From the NCBI GenBank assembly GCA_012295275.1, contig CM022665.1, forward strand, positions 20,646,001 to 20,710,000: a stretch of DNA of 64,000 bases, in the 5' to 3' direction. The translations under genes and the position numbers were made by a program. Under the pieces are notes generated by a model. That model was not told where the DNA came from, searched no databases, and was given only the letters and a program-made list of their open reading frames with translations. Origin of the DNA: Chrysomallon squamiferum (lineage: Eukaryota; Animalia; Mollusca). Below are positions 15,030-50,864 of this stretch, piece after piece; the stretch's first letter is position 1, and every line of letters begins with the position of its first letter.

Positions 15030-16336
15030 GCAGCACAAAATCTATTTTATTACTATTATTATGACTTTAAAATTAAAATAACACCATAAATGTAAATTTA
15101 AAAAAAAAAAAATTTAAATTATATAAAGAAAAAAGAAAAAGTGAAAAATGTTGTTCAAGGCAGTTCAGCTATTTATTAAATTCTTTGTACTGTTTATTAT
15201 GGTGAATACAGTAAATGCTGCACTGTGTGTAGTATAGAGAATACAGTAATAATATCACAAACGTTTTATAATAATAATCATATATAATATGTAATATTGG
15301 CACTGTTGTATGCCATGGACGGAAATGAAATAACCAAGACAGGTCAAAGAATGATTGGATGTTTGACATATAGAAATTGTGTTATCTACATGACTACTAC
15401 AAGATGATCATACAGCATTTTCAAACTGTTATTGTTAGACGGTTAAAAAATGATTATAAATCCAATATGACCTTTTTTTTCCTCATAAACAAGCTTTTAA
15501 ATATTAAGAAAAATATGGATTTCAATTTTGAATACCGGAAACAATAAATGTTGTCATTACGTTAAAATACTGGAAATAAAAGAATAGATTTCATGCATTA
15601 CATTATAAAACAACTAGCATAGTATTTATTTATTTATTTATTTATTTATCTGTTTGTTTATTATTATTATATATTTTTTTAAACAGACCTTTCCCGTTTT
15701 TCTTTAAAAAAAAAAAAAATGTGAAAAAGCAGTTTTAAACATCTGATATGTACATTTGTGTTAATAAGTTTTAAACCATGAATAAAATATGTAAAAATGG
15801 TTACTATGACATGTCAGATTTCAGTAAAACTTTGTTATACTTTGTATAACACATACACAACTGACGAATACGAAATTTTTGGAAAGTATACTGTCAACAT
15901 GACGTCGACATTTCTTTGGTCACGTGAACATAAAGTAACATGATACTAGAACAAAAATATTTTTTTGGAAAACAACAAAACTATGATCTGAATGGTTCAA
16001 TAAATAACGTGGAACAAAATACGTTTGGTCCTGTATTGAAATAAATGGCACAAAAAGAACAAAATTGAGCACAGTTGAGCACAGAAACTTTGAGCAGACG
16101 ATGAGCAACAAACAGAATAAGTTGTGTAGATAGTAGTACTTCTACTAAATAGCTGAGCAGCTCAACATGAAATGCATATAATAATAATAATTTTTATAGC
16201 TACTAGTATTCATAGTAAAAACTGAATAAATAAAAAAACTAAAAACGCGCAGCACTAGTCTATATTTACCTAAACTAATAACAAAGCACTAGATAAATAT
16301 TTTATATTATTTGTTTTCGAAACTTTACTTTATTTT

Positions 16337-16375
<39 letters not shown>

Positions 16376-16655
16376 TAATAAAATAAATAATAATAGTAAA
16401 AATACTACTACTTAGTAGCAGTGGTAGTAGTACAATACTGTGAAGTGATATTTGTGTTTAAAACGATGCACTCGTTAAGCACTATGAAAATTTTGAGACA
16501 CTGGAAAGGCGATAGTTAGAAGAGGGCAGCTAAAGGTTGGGGGAGCAGATATTTCTATGGCAGTGTGTTGATGTAGCAGCCGATGGAAGAAAAACTAGTA
16601 TCCAGAAGACAGATTTCATTTTACGAAGACAGAGACTAAAAGATTTCTTAAAAAT

Positions 16656-16750
<95 letters not shown>

Positions 16751-17477
16751 CATCATCATCATCATCATAATAATAATAATAAATCTATTTTCTACTGAAA
16801 ATGAACACACAGTTATGTATTTAAGTACACACAGATAGATAAGTACACTCTGAATAGATTAGGAAATGCATAAATAAACACACAAATGTAGTTACACATA
16901 ACACACGTAATTAAAAGTCTATACTTGAATGTGTACTCATTTTTTCAGGGTTAAATGCTGACGAAGAAATGAACTCTATCATGGGTTTTTTTATTTACTA
17001 GATAAATAAATAAAACTCATTGCCCCAGTATATAATGGACTATATTTCGTACAAACACACAACCGGAATAATGCACGCTTCAAAAATATATATTTAAATT
17101 CACAATGTCTGAATGCTTAAAACAACAAACGACAACTTGAATAGATAATTTTTTTTTTTTTTATGCTGTAAAATCTTTGTTTTTAAAGCCTGATTATACA
17201 AAATTGTAGAAAAAAAAAGTTTTAAATAATTGAAAAGAATAAATTTGAGATGCCTTTACTGCAGAGAAAAAAAAAAAAAATCAAACAAGAAGATGAAACT
17301 AAGCTCTTAAAATCGAGATGGTTTAATAGATTTCTTTCTTTTCACAACCTTCATGCAAAAAGAGTTGTAAAGTTTTAATATATTTTATATCCGCTGAAAA
17401 TCATATGGTGCTCTGTGGACAAAAACATTTTCTTAACAAAACTGATAAAAAGAAAAATGTTAAGGATAAACATTTAC

Positions 17478-17520
<43 letters not shown>

Positions 17521-18081
17521 TAATTTAAACTATTTTTGGTTTCAGTTCAGTCATGATTAAATTATTTATGTTTCGTTTGTACTCTCATCTTCAAACACTG
17601 GAACTACATATGTAAGTTTTAAAAATCAGAAAATAAAAATAATAAACGAGATGGATTTCACATCTCAATACTGAAAATAAGACATGGATTTCAATGAAAT
17701 GAAAAAATGAAAAGAAAAAAAAGTGATTTCATTATAAAGGGATTTATCACTCTCATCCCAGCCTCTAAATCATGTCACTACTACGGTTAATGTCGCTTTA
17801 AATTTTAACTGTCACGCAAATCGAATGACGTCATTACATACTTCTTATAACCTTGCTTTAATGTGACTGTTGCGTCACACTGACCTTATTTCTAATCTCA
17901 TAGTCACTATGAAATACTTATTTCTTACTGTGTCGTCACTATAAATCACTGGTCATTTAAACTGACCACAACAATACCACAACGTATTTCATTACACCTC
18001 TCTAAGTCACGAATTTCAAGCAATTCCGGCATGAACTGTTATGACGTAATTAAAATGTTCTCCATTGTTATATTACCCTGA
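14715..18081 (-). other. Putative ~3.35 kb 3'UTR of Blimp-1
   Basis: Ends at AATAAA (14738-14733) followed by GU-rich TGTGTTTGTGTTT (14713-14701). Pumilio elements and miRNA seed matches lie just upstream. Other AATAAA hexamers exist, so the end is not certain. Confidence 0.55.
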
Positions 18082-37294
<19,213 letters not shown>

Positions 37295-37409
37295 AGCGAT
37301 AAAAACTATCAGATTAATAAAAAGCAAAACGGAGGCGAGATGACAAGATATTAATGTCGAGTGAGTTAATATTTGACGTGTTTTTATCTCTCGCGTACAA
37401 TTTTTCATT

Positions 37410-37960
37410 CACGGTAGGAATAGCTCCCCCACGGGCATCCTCTCGTCCCCCAAGTAGTATTCACATTTCACCCCCCTACGCCACCAGTCGAGACTGAACT
37501 ATCAGCCAGCCAGATACCTGTGCTAGGTTCTTGTCTGATAACAGACATCAATCAAAATATGAAAGCTAAAATTTGTGAGAAAAGTTCTCATACCGTCCTG
37601 CCAGTGAATGGGGCGAAAAGAACAACCCCTGCAGTCTTTTAGTGTTTCTTCTGCAGCCGAAAATGTCACTGCCGAGATAAACGTGTTTAATTTACAGTCT
37701 AAGCACTACATCAATGAGCGGCGGGATTTTTACCGTCGACTTTTGAGATATAACTGAAACATTCGTCTGAAAGTCCGAGCGTCTCACTGTTAATCCAATA
37801 AACAAAAATAAAAATAAAAAAAAAAATAAAAAATGACCACCTTGTGATTAAGGAGGTGTGTCATTGGTGGAAACTCACACCCACCCCCTGGATACGTCCT
37901 ATCAGCTCAGCGGGAAACAGAAATAAAAAGGAATGAGATTCCTGGAATATGGCTCTTTTT
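37410..37960 (-). promoter_or_regulatory. Putative proximal Blimp-1 promoter
   Basis: GC-richer island directly upstream of the proximal exon. Inr-like TTCAGTCTC (37498-37490), several GATA motifs, Su(H)-like TGTGAGAA (37574-37581), CCAAT motifs (~37794, ~37863). Confidence 0.55.
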
Positions 37961-38508
37961 TTGTCATATCTCTGATTTAAATAAAAGATATGTAAATACT
38001 TAAGTAAATATATGTGTGGCATACGGCTCGGTGTGTAATAAAACTTTTAATATACACACGTATGTAATATACGTTTAATATGCAGTCTTATATTCTTTCA
38101 CGAACTTCTTCATTCACTCATTCATTTTTTCATTTATTCATTCTTTCATGAACTCATTCATTCTCTCACTGATTTATCATTTATTCATTATTTTATACAT
38201 TCCGTCATTAAGACACCTACGTATCGTTCATTCTTTCATACATTCCTTCTTTCATTCGCTCGCTAATTTTTCATTCATTATTTCTTGTACTCCTTCATTC
38301 TTTTATCATTAATTCTCTTCATTCATTCATTTATTTATTCATTAAGCATTAATTAATTAAATCCTTCATTTCTATCTGCTTTCATTTTGTATATAAAAAA
38401 AATATATTTAATTTAATATCCTAAATATAAAAATTTAAAAATCTAAAACTTGTAATTAACTAAAAATACAGAAAATTAAAAAAAAAAAAAAAAAAAAAAA
38501 ATATTTCG

Positions 38509-38547
<39 letters not shown>

Positions 38548-38572
38548 TTATTATTTATTATTATTATTATTA

Positions 38573-38611
<39 letters not shown>

Positions 38612-39235
38612 TCTAAATCATAGTCTGGACTAGAGTCGTTTCTGTAACTTTTCCAGCTTAACACGGTCGTAAATGTATTCGAACGAGATACGCCAGTGAG
38701 AAGTATGTTATCTGCAGTGATTGGCAGAGAGATGTTTTTTTTTTTTTTTCCTGCAGTAAATTACCGAGTCGGTTATCTATCGCTACTTACTTACATACAC
38801 ATCGCTTACAACCCAATAAATGTGTGTTCTCCCAGATTAAACTTTAACAACTTGTATCTCCAAGTTGTTTTTATGTTCTCATTGATAATCTTTGCAGTGA
38901 ATGAAGCCTGAGAATGAATGACAGTGAGTGGGTGTGTGGATCATGCAGAAGCGTACGAGATGGGGGTAGGGGGGAGCAGTTTCCCGTCAGTGATGGGGCA
39001 AGTTTCTTATTCGCGCAAACACTAATATTGCTGACGTTCGGCGAATACGAGTTGGAAAGATATAATGTTCCATCAACGCAATAGAACATGTATACACGGG
39101 CATTCATGTCCTGGTTATTAACCTGTCATACCTACATACAGCATTACTGGTATCGTTCACCATTACGTCACAAAGTAGCTGAAAATGTAAACCTGTATGA
39201 ATTCCTTCTTCCTACGTCATTGAGATTGGTCCAAA

Positions 39236-39320
<85 letters not shown>

Positions 39321-40534
39321 GGGCTTTTCTCGTATTGAATTATACTCGTAATACTTATAGACCCGATTAGAAGCGTCTGTATTAATAATAATAATAATAG
39401 GAGCCATTAATATGTATTTACGTTTTATACTTTTTTTCATGTTAGGATAGTTGGTGCAATATTTTATTTGATAAACAAAAACATATAAGGTAAAAAAAAA
39501 AAAAAAAAAAAAAAAAAATTAAAAACAAGATAAGAAAAAGAAAAAAGTTAAATGTATTTCCTTTGTTACCCCAGTCAGAATATGAATGCATTATTACATA
39601 CATACAGATGGGTGATTGAAAAAAATAGATGGTTGGATAAATTGGTGCATGTTTTAGATTAAAAGCAAAAATGTGTAAATGAAATGAAAGAAGAAAAGAT
39701 AGTGCGATAGCAGGATAAAAGATGGATGAAGAATGGATGACGCCATTTTTCCATGATACTTAATTTTTAAAATCACTTTCAAAGGCTGTAAAAAAATAAT
39801 AATTATTGTCACGTACACGCTATTAGTTATAACAAATTGCAAACATTAGTAACGGACCTTTCAGTCTAAAAGTGTTAAAAATTAATAACACCATGATAAT
39901 TTCGACAATAGAAATGAGATCACTGTTTCCATGACAATTTCTCTTTTTACAGAACAAACACCTTGACAATCTGACGTCATTATCAATTCTCTGTGTGTTT
40001 GTATTCCTCCGTTTCAATTTTATGTTAATTTAATGATTTAACTTTGTGTATTCTGCTGGAATTCAAAGTCGTGAAATACGAGACTGCGTCAGTTAAATAG
40101 CCATGTAATGTTACAAAACAGTCATAAATATTTACTTAGTACTGTTTTAAATGAGGCTCGTACTGACAGACACACTGTTATACATGTATACACACAGAAA
40201 TAGAAAAATACACAAATACACAAATATAACCACAAAAATTCGTATACACACATTCATACCTACATAAATATAGATAGACACATATATACTCATGCACATA
40301 CATATATAAAACCAAACATTCACACAAATATACACAGCATAAACAGAAACGAAAAACCTTCACCCACGTACAAACCTATACATATATACACATACACACA
40401 TACACACACATTAACACAAACATATTTAAACACACAAATACACAGGGAAACACACTTACGTTTGTACTACACAAACCATTACAATACAACAACCTATTAT
40501 TGAAAGAAATGAACATAACACAAACAAAACACTA

Positions 40535-40570
<36 letters not shown>

Positions 40571-40742
40571 ATACACACACACACATACACACACACACAC
40601 ACACACGCACTTGTACTACGCATACTACTATAATAACACATCTTATTATGGAAGAGTCTGAACGTAACTCATATAACCATGGTAACAGATAAAACTGAAG
40701 AGTCTGACATCAAAACTAGTTCATCCAGATGGCGTTGTTATC

Positions 40743-40800
<58 letters not shown>

Positions 40801-41071
40801 AAAGAAAAAATATCTTTTTTAAAAATTAAAAAAACCAACAAGCAGCTGATTTGGTATCAAGCTACAACGTTATCAAATTTGTTCTCGCAGATACGTGAAC
40901 ACTTTCTATCGTTTACAAAAACAAATACAGCTAACTTCGAAATCTCTCCAGTGTCGTATTGCTCACATAAAGATTATAAGTGTGTATGTTAAGTTGTTTT
41001 TTTCTTTTTGCTTTTCATAAAAATCATCAAAACACTAATACACTTCTAATCTTGTCTATTTAAGGCATACA

Positions 41072-41196
<125 letters not shown>

Positions 41197-43022
41197 ATTA
41201 TTAAAAATATGGTAAACTTATCAATTTAAAGCATACATCTCTCTCTCTCTCATTTCTTTCTTTTTCTATCTCTCTATATATATCTCTCTCTCTCTTTCTT
41301 TCTCTTTCATACTCTTTCTCTCTCTCTTTCCTCCCTGTCTATCAGTCTGTCTATACAAATAGTTAAATATGCTTATGCAGGTAACATGTTAAAATGTAAA
41401 TAAGGTGTATATATATTTATGTAAGTGGCATAAAAGTTTTAACAAAGCACACACAGTTTATGTACGTAACATGAATAAATTTTAAAAAGGCTCTATTTGT
41501 TTATGCATGTAAGTAGTAAAATTTGAATAAGACACTATATATTTATGGTAAAATCTGAGTAGGTATCAAGTACGTAATAAGACACCAAACTAATAAGAAC
41601 CTGTGTTTGTTCTGCACTGGAGTGCTGTTAAGCTAATAGCAACAAGAGTTTAATGTTAAAAATAACAAAGTTGACAGATATTAACTGACAAGAAATATGA
41701 ACTAAAATAAACTGTAATACAAAACATTCTGGTCACTTACTCCCGTTATGAAAAGAAATGAAAACATTCTTTTTGAATACAAATGTATGAAAATTTAATC
41801 AGAAGGATTTCATTAAAAAAAAAAAAAAAAAAAAAGGGGGAAATAATCTGGATAATCTGCATTTCAAAACGGAAACCTTCTAACATGGCGAGCTGTGAAA
41901 ACTCATCATAGATAGCCAGTCAGGTTGAAAATTGCTAGTTACGATCACCATGGTGATTTTTTCGTCACGTCAACACATCCATGGTACGGCCTGGATGAAT
42001 ATTAAGCCAACAATTTTCAGACCGAAATTTGAAATATGATCATGTCACCTATTTTATCTATTGAATTCTTCCTACCTTTTATTTACTTTCAATTTCAGAC
42101 AAAGAGAGAATGTTTCTTAAAGAATTGTTTGTGTTAGTGAACACTAATTTTCACCGACTCAGCCCCCACTTTGACAGCTCAGCGGGGGGAATGAGGGGGG
42201 TGTTGTTTGAGTAACTCATCATTCCATCACTAGTGTCCACGTTAAGATGAAGAAGAAAGAAAAAAAAAATCAACCGGAAAAACAAAAACTGAAGAAAAAT
42301 GGGTAAAAGAAGAAACAAAGTGAAAATTGATAAATAAAAATGAAAAAGAAGAAGAACAGACATATAAAAAGAATTTAAAAAAAAAGACAAATAAATAAAT
42401 CAATTTTTAAAAAATATACTAAATATGAAGAAAGAAAAAGAAAATAACGAAAGAAAGAATGAAAAAGTATTTATCTTGGTTATCAGAAATATATTAGAAA
42501 TACACTGGAAATATAATTAGATACAGCTGTGCTAATATTCCAAAATAAAATTATAAAATGGACGTAAAACTTTAACGCTTTTGATGGTTTAGTAATTGAA
42601 ATTTACAAAACTCCTATAAAAATTAATAATAATTTTATGCTGGAAAATAAAATTTTAATCTTTATAAATAGCTACCTGTCTGATAAATGATTATTAATTA
42701 ACTGTTTTGTTGGACAAATTCAAATATTTATATAAACTATAAACTGAGCACGTTTAAAACGAAAATTTGGATAATTTAAAACTTTTTTTTTTTTTTTTTT
42801 TTTTTTTGTTCTTTGAAGATCTAAATGTAACTTTCTATTTTAAAGAATACCAAAATAAAATCTTCTTTGTCTTTGAACCTTTAAAATCATAGAAATCTTT
42901 CACACAATAAAAAGCAGAAAGTTTTTATAACAATACTAAATAATATATACAACAATAAAACTCAAATGAATACTAATATGTATGCATATGTGTATGTGTA
43001 TGTATATATGTATGTGTGTGTG

Positions 43023-43057
<35 letters not shown>

Positions 43058-43661
43058 CATACATACATATATACACACATATATATATATATTATGTATA
43101 TAAAAGTGTATAAAGCATTTTAAAAGTAAAGTTATAAGAAATACAAAAATAACCTGGGTCCGATAGTAGAGCCGTGTCTAACACCAGCACAATCCAATAA
43201 AGAAAGGTTTTGTAATAAACAAGAGTCAGACGACAAGTAATCCAGTGAAATATCTAACTGATGGACCGAGGGAAGCTGCCAGTGGTTATCAGACACCCCC
43301 CCTCCCCTTCCCGAGGTTTATCGTAAAACAAACTGAACTTTGAGTTACTTCTTATTGGTCAGTTTCAGATTAGCGTTCATTTGTTTTCACTTGGTCACAG
43401 ATAACGACTGCAATTACACTACTGTCATACTGATTTCACACCTAGATGGGAGAGGCTGGCAGGTGGGGCTTTGCCAGGGATGAAGGGGAGGTAGGGCACC
43501 TTGGCAATAACCACACCCGGTTGATTGCCACCTGTAAGCAAACAACCATAAAGCACTGAACAAGAGTACACGTGTACTCAGTCACCTAACAGATCTTCAA
43601 CTCGCTGCTGTCAACGGCGTTGTAAAAGTGACACAAAATTAACAAGTCCTTTTTTTTCATA

Positions 43662-43924
43662 TAATTAATTACAGTTGTAAATCTCTCACCTGACTGTTGT
43701 ATAAATTATTTTACCTATATCTTTCTTGTATTTTAATGCACTCATTGCATTACGTTGTTATTAATATCGTTGTGTCATAATTTTAATGTAAAGAAATTTA
43801 ATAATATAAAATTACGATTTTTTTATTATATCTGATTAATTACAGGTGTAAATCTATCACCTTGTTGTCGTATAAATTATTTTACATATATTTTTCTTAC
43901 ATTTTAATGCATTAACTGCATTAC
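43662..43924. repeat. Diverged direct duplication of ~92 bp (43662-43753 and 43832-43924)
   Basis: ATTAATTACAG(T/G)TGTAAATCT..TCACCT...TATAAATTATTTTAC...TTTTAATGCA..TGCATTAC occurs twice. Confidence 0.8.
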
Positions 43925-44739
43925 TGTTGTTTGTTTTGCTTCTTTTTTTTTTTTTTTTTTTTTTTTTGTTGTTTGGTTTTTGTTAGTAACATTACTGTGT
44001 CATACGTTTAAATACTTGAATAACTACAAAAACTAAACTGAAAATTTCAACAGTAAATTATTTTATTTAAATGCTTAATTTTTTGCTATGTATTACTTAA
44101 AAAATCATAATTAGGTTTTTATTTCATTAAATTAAAAATAAATTAAATATTTTATTGTTAAAAATGATAAATCGTTAAATAAAAATTATGTAAGTAAATT
44201 GAAGATGCAAAATGAAAATACATAATTATTTATTAAAATAGTACTACGTTTAAAAAAATGATTATTTCAAGTTTTCTTTTATTTAAAATTAACTTAATGG
44301 TGTCTATATTAACAAAATGAAGTCTGACAATTAAATATATTTTTAAACAACTGTATATTAATTTTGAAAGTTCTATATATTTTTCTCTATGTTCTTATTT
44401 TCTTATAATTAAATTAACATGATATTTATATATAAAAAAAAAATAATAATAATAATAATACTAAGCATTAGAATTAAACATAATAAATCTATTATTAATG
44501 AAAAATTCTTCATGAGAAAAATCATTCTGTTACATCAGAATTAATCATTTTAGTCAATAAATTGTTATAAAAATAAATTTTTCAAACAAATAATCTTTAT
44601 CTGCTTCCGTATATTTAACAATAAAAGATTTTCACGTAATCACTAAACTTAATGCTACTTTTTACTCAAGAAATAATAAGTTCAAAGACTTTTTTTTAAA
44701 AAAACTCATCTAAATTAGCAGAGATACAAAGCTGAGTGT

Positions 44740-45510
<771 letters not shown>

Positions 45511-46440
45511 CTACCTTATTTAGTTATCTCCCTTGATTGCGCCATATTTTGGTTCCCGGGGTGGAATGATGGAGAAAGGCATTGCGTGTCATCAGTGAAC
45601 GAATGTAAACAATAATTTACAAACGGTAAGTTAGGCAGATCATATAATTGATAAGCATATGGCAAAATGCTCGTGTTTTGGAATTTTATTGTTAAAAATG
45701 ATAAATCGTTAAAAAATAATAATAATAAAAATAAAACAGCAAACAAAAGTAAAATCGAGTATTCTCATTCTTAGCATTTTTCTATCCAGGCAGAATTTTA
45801 AATCAAACAAAATATTTCGAAATTATAATTGCTGAAAAGAATATATAAATTTGTTTGTTCCGTTTCTGAAACCTAAATATCGATTAACGTGAAAGAGATC
45901 ACAGGTTCAATTCTACACAGTCTACCCTCTGAGCTGTCTTCCATACCTGTTAGAGAATTATCAAAGATATATGTCATATTTCGTTTTTTTTTTTTTTTTT
46001 AATGTTATCAGTGCGCATAAAAAATAATTTGCTACTGATCATTGAAAAGTGACCCTCGGGTGGGAACAGCGAGTTTCCTCATAAATTATGCATATGAAAA
46101 ATTGAAAAGTAAAAACTGTTAATATTTTAAACTATTCCGAGACGTTGCTGAGCAGACTTTCAGTCGTCGGCTTCTTACATCCATTAGCAAAAACATATTT
46201 TCTCTTTTTTCAAAACATATTTCACTTAATTTGCATTTCAACAGAAAAAGCAACATGAACAGTGTCAAAATTTTCCCAGTAAATCATATTTCTGAAAGAA
46301 AATTCTCTATTTATCTTGCATTTATCATGCATTCATGCACCAGTAGTGTTCGGCATTGTTGGATGTAAGTAATTTAATTAAAACTTTTCAAGCATTAAAT
46401 CCCTCTAAAACCCTACATATGTATAGACGATCATCTCACA

Positions 46441-46475
<35 letters not shown>

Positions 46476-48362
46476 ATCACGGACAAGTATCTGCCTGTCT
46501 GTCTGTCTGTCTGTGGCTAAACGAGAAACCGCAAAACGCGACAAGAAGAGTAGTGTCTTGAAATCGGTTCAGAAAGAAAGCGGTCAAAAAATGACGTAAC
46601 GACAAACGAGCGAGTCGAGACTCTCGGAGATAAAAGTAACAGATTAATGAGAGTGTGATCAGCGGATTTAACAACACATTTTATAAAATGTTTGTTAGAA
46701 GCGTTTTTCTCGTACGTTAATGTGATGACAGGAAAACCCCAGCGCTGCTGCTTAAATTGTAACTTTTACTGGTAAGCAAGAAGTGATCTTTTTATATCTG
46801 CCTTATCATAAACGGTAAAAAAACAAAAATAATAATAAATAAATAAATAAATAAAAATGAGGAAATAGTGACAATGTAATAGTGAAATCACTGAATAAAG
46901 TGAGCGATGTACTATATAAATGTTACAAAACTTATCAGTGTTTATCGCCGACAGCGACACCTGGTGTCTGGAATTCCAAAACGACCTCTACAACACCTTG
47001 ACAATAAGATTCACTGAGAGTCGTTTCTCACCTGGCCAATGTTTAGTTTTCCTCACCTTTGATCTTCGTTATCAGAGTTTTCACTCGTTTATCACCTGTA
47101 TTTCTTTTATCTCCGTGTTACTCAATAGTAAAACAATTCTTCTAACAATACTGTACAGTAGTAGTACTAGGAATGATAGTAGTAGTAGTATTAATAGTAG
47201 TGATAACAGTAGTAGTAATAGTAGTGATAACAGTAGTAGTAATAGTAGTGGTAGTATCAGTAGTATTAGTAGTTGTGATCGTGGTAACAGTAGTAGTAAT
47301 AGCAAAAATAGTGGTAACTGTAGTAGTAGTAGTAACAGTAGTAGTAGTAGTTATAGTAACAGAAGCTGTAATAGTAGAAGTAGTAGTATTAACAGTAATA
47401 GTAGCTGTATTAATAATAGTAGTAATAGCAGAAATTGCAGTAGTTACAGCAGTAGTAGTAGAAATAGTCGTAGCTGCAGTAGAAGTAATAGTAGTTGTGT
47501 TAGTAGTTGTTGCAGTTGTATTATTTTTTATTTATTTTATTATTTATTTATTTAATTAATCTCAATACTTATTATTTAATTAACAGAAACTGTTTGTAAA
47601 TAATAATAACAATAATAAACTGTCACTGTTTTCTATTAGTACGATTAAAAACAGCCTACAATCGCTCGACCTATTTTAACAATAAAAGAGATAATTTTAC
47701 ACATTTAGAGCGAAGTAGCAAACAATCGTGTTTTTGATGACGTGTGACGAACACGTCCACGTTCACAACAGTTCACAACGACGACAAAAGCAGTTTATTG
47801 AGAGAACGGCAGTGTATTCACAACGTCTTCATGAACGAGTACATCACACACAAAAACTGGACAATGACGAACACAGATTCTTGTATTCGCATTCTACACA
47901 CGAGTACTGGACTCCCCACTGTTTAGCGAGACCTACTTCGTTACAGTGGCTAAACTTTTGTTAGATTCTTTTTCATTTCATCCACAAACACAACTTCACT
48001 TTATTGCCCGCAATCCACTCACGCACAGAATGAAATCGGCAGGAGGCTTTCAAATCGTTTGTTAGGGGCGGGGTGTTGGTTTTGGCGACGACCTGTTCGG
48101 GGCGTATGAAACGTATGAGAAGTTATCACAAATTTTATTTCCCCCCCCCCCTTCATTAATCTTTTTATAAAAGAAAGGGCGTCTGAACTGTCCCTTTCAC
48201 AAATGGGTTGGGATATTGAGTACTAATACCATTCTTTTTATGCAGAATCCTTATTATCAAAGTATAATACAGGTGATAAAGATTTATAAAAAAAAAAAAA
48301 AAATGATATACTGCAGTTCATGAGTTAGAGAGTTTGCAAAAGGTTGATAGTTCAGTCCAGAA

Positions 48363-48517
<155 letters not shown>

Positions 48518-50801
48518 CAAGCAGAATGACAGACAGACAGGCAGACCTATAGACGGATATACAGATAGGAAGAGAGTTAGAAAGAAAGAAAGAAAAAATG
48601 GCAAAAGTCAGAAAGAAAGAAAACGAGAGAAGATGAAAGAAAGAGAGAAAAAATCATTTATGGTATTAAATCTTTAATCATGAAAGTAGATGGCTGAATT
48701 AAAAATATAAAAATAAAATGTGAGAAATTTCCTTTCGAAGTTTAATTTAAAAAACCTTTAGCAGTTCATTTAATAATATTTTCTTTATTTACAAAAAAAA
48801 AATTTAATTTAAAAATAATAATAATAATCATCATAAAATAAAAAATAACAAAATATTTGTCGAGTATTGTTCCTACTGAAAAGAGGAAGTTAAAAAGCTA
48901 GATTAGTGATTGACTTCCCCTTGATGAACTCTCTAAAAACTGAGACACTACTTGACACGAGCAGAAAGCAATGGTAACCATGGAAATGAGAAACCATTTA
49001 AAAACTTTGTGTTTGTTTCATCAGCTATACAAACAATGCCATGACGTGACCTCTGCTCGTACCATTATTGTTATCATTATCTATGAATTATCACTGATAA
49101 AAGATGCGTTGCCTAGGTAACACAGGCATCGTCACAGACCGTACCGGAACTGACAGAAAAAGAAAAACAAATCTCGATTTTCCCCTTCACTCCAGCAATC
49201 TGAGTGGAAATTTCAGTCACTCGTACATCAACAACACAACTGATGTCACACTCCAAACAACTCAATTAATTTACTATGCAGTTTTATCAGCAGTATTAAC
49301 AGATGAATGGAGCAATGAAGTGAACAGAAAAACATATGGATGGATGGATGGATAGATGGATAGATAGATGGATAGATGGATGAACAGATGGACCAATGGA
49401 TAAACAGATGGACCAATGGATAAACAGATGGATATATATGAATGGACGAATGGATATATATGGATGGACGAATGGATGAATGCATGAAAAGACTAAAATA
49501 CTTGATATTTAGTTGAATTGAGGTCAGGTTTAACTACAAGCAAAAAAAAAAAAAAAGATGTATCTTAAAGCCTCACGCAAGAGGAGGCGTTTAAGAACTT
49601 CAGTTCGAGTATTGCAGGTTATTCTCTGTTGTTTATTTGACAGTCTATGGACATTCACACCTTAAGTCATTCATAAATCTTAGCACATACTTAACGTAAC
49701 GTATAGTAAGTAACGTACGATACACTATATTTACATTATAGGTGTTACGGCTGTACAAACTTGATGTTGGACGGATTTGATTAAGACAAGTAACATCTGT
49801 CATTAATACATTTCGGCACGTAATTAATGTAACGTATATTAGTGTACGATACACTGGATTCATAGCACGCACTATTGTTACTGAGCTCCCAATCAAGGAC
49901 AAAGTCGAAATTTTATTGAAATTCTTCTAATTGAGACGCAGCTTGTTGCATCCTAAACATACGCACGAAAATGTGAAATCAATGGCTGACGCAGAAAACA
50001 ATGTTATTCATTGGCAACCCGATAGCCTGGTGAAGGTAAAATGAAGTTAGCATTTTCATACATTTCTTAGAAATTGACAACATGTTTCGGCTTGGTGGTG
50101 AGTCAGGTATTATAAGAACCGAAATACATTATCAAAAATCTTTACTGAAAACATAACATCCATGGTCAAAGTGAAATGTGAAACTGGAGAGAAATCAATG
50201 GCAACAAACAAGAAACCAGAGGTTTTTTTTTTTTTTTCTTCCTTGTTTTTTTTTTTTTTACAAACAGAACTAAAAAAAAAAAAAAAAAAAAAACGTTTGT
50301 TGTTTGATTGAGCGGCGCTGCTCTTTCTCTCTCTTCAAGTTATTAAAACTGATTCTTGCCAACTCAACGGAATTATGGGAAGCGTGTTAATTGAGTCATG
50401 GAAAAGAGCAGGAATTTAGGAATTAATAAACAGGAATGAAGTCATTAGTAAACAGGAAAAGAACAAATTTAGCTCGCTGACAGAACCTCACTCGCTGTAA
50501 TTTCATTTCAGTTTTTAATTCAGTTTTGGCCTTGATGTGTTAAATACAAAAATACAGAGACAATGGAATTGTGGGTAATATGATAATAAAATCAAGTAGC
50601 CACACAGGAAATAACACAAGTATTTAATTAGAGAACCTTGCAGTATAAAATTTCCTTTTAGTTTTTACATTTAGCTTTGTTTGTTTTGTTGGTCTGGTTT
50701 TTTTTTTTTTTTTTTTTTTTTTTTTCTTTTTTTATGTTTGGCATTTTTATCGGTTTCTTTTTATCAAAAACATTTTCTTTTGTTTTTTTCCTTCTTCTCT
50801 T

Positions 50802-50864
<63 letters not shown>

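Noticed and set aside
37295-37408. Hydrophobic N-terminal extension from ATG 37408 (LASVLLFINLIVFIA), suggesting a membrane-anchored Blimp-1
   Set aside because: It is in frame, but T-rich UTR sequence readily translates as hydrophobic residues and there is no homology support. Left out of the gene model, though not formally excluded.
37574-37591. Su(H) paired site (TGTGAGAA...TTCTCAT)
   Set aside because: The spacing of 3 nt is far from the ~15-17 nt of a canonical paired site; only a single possible site is retained.
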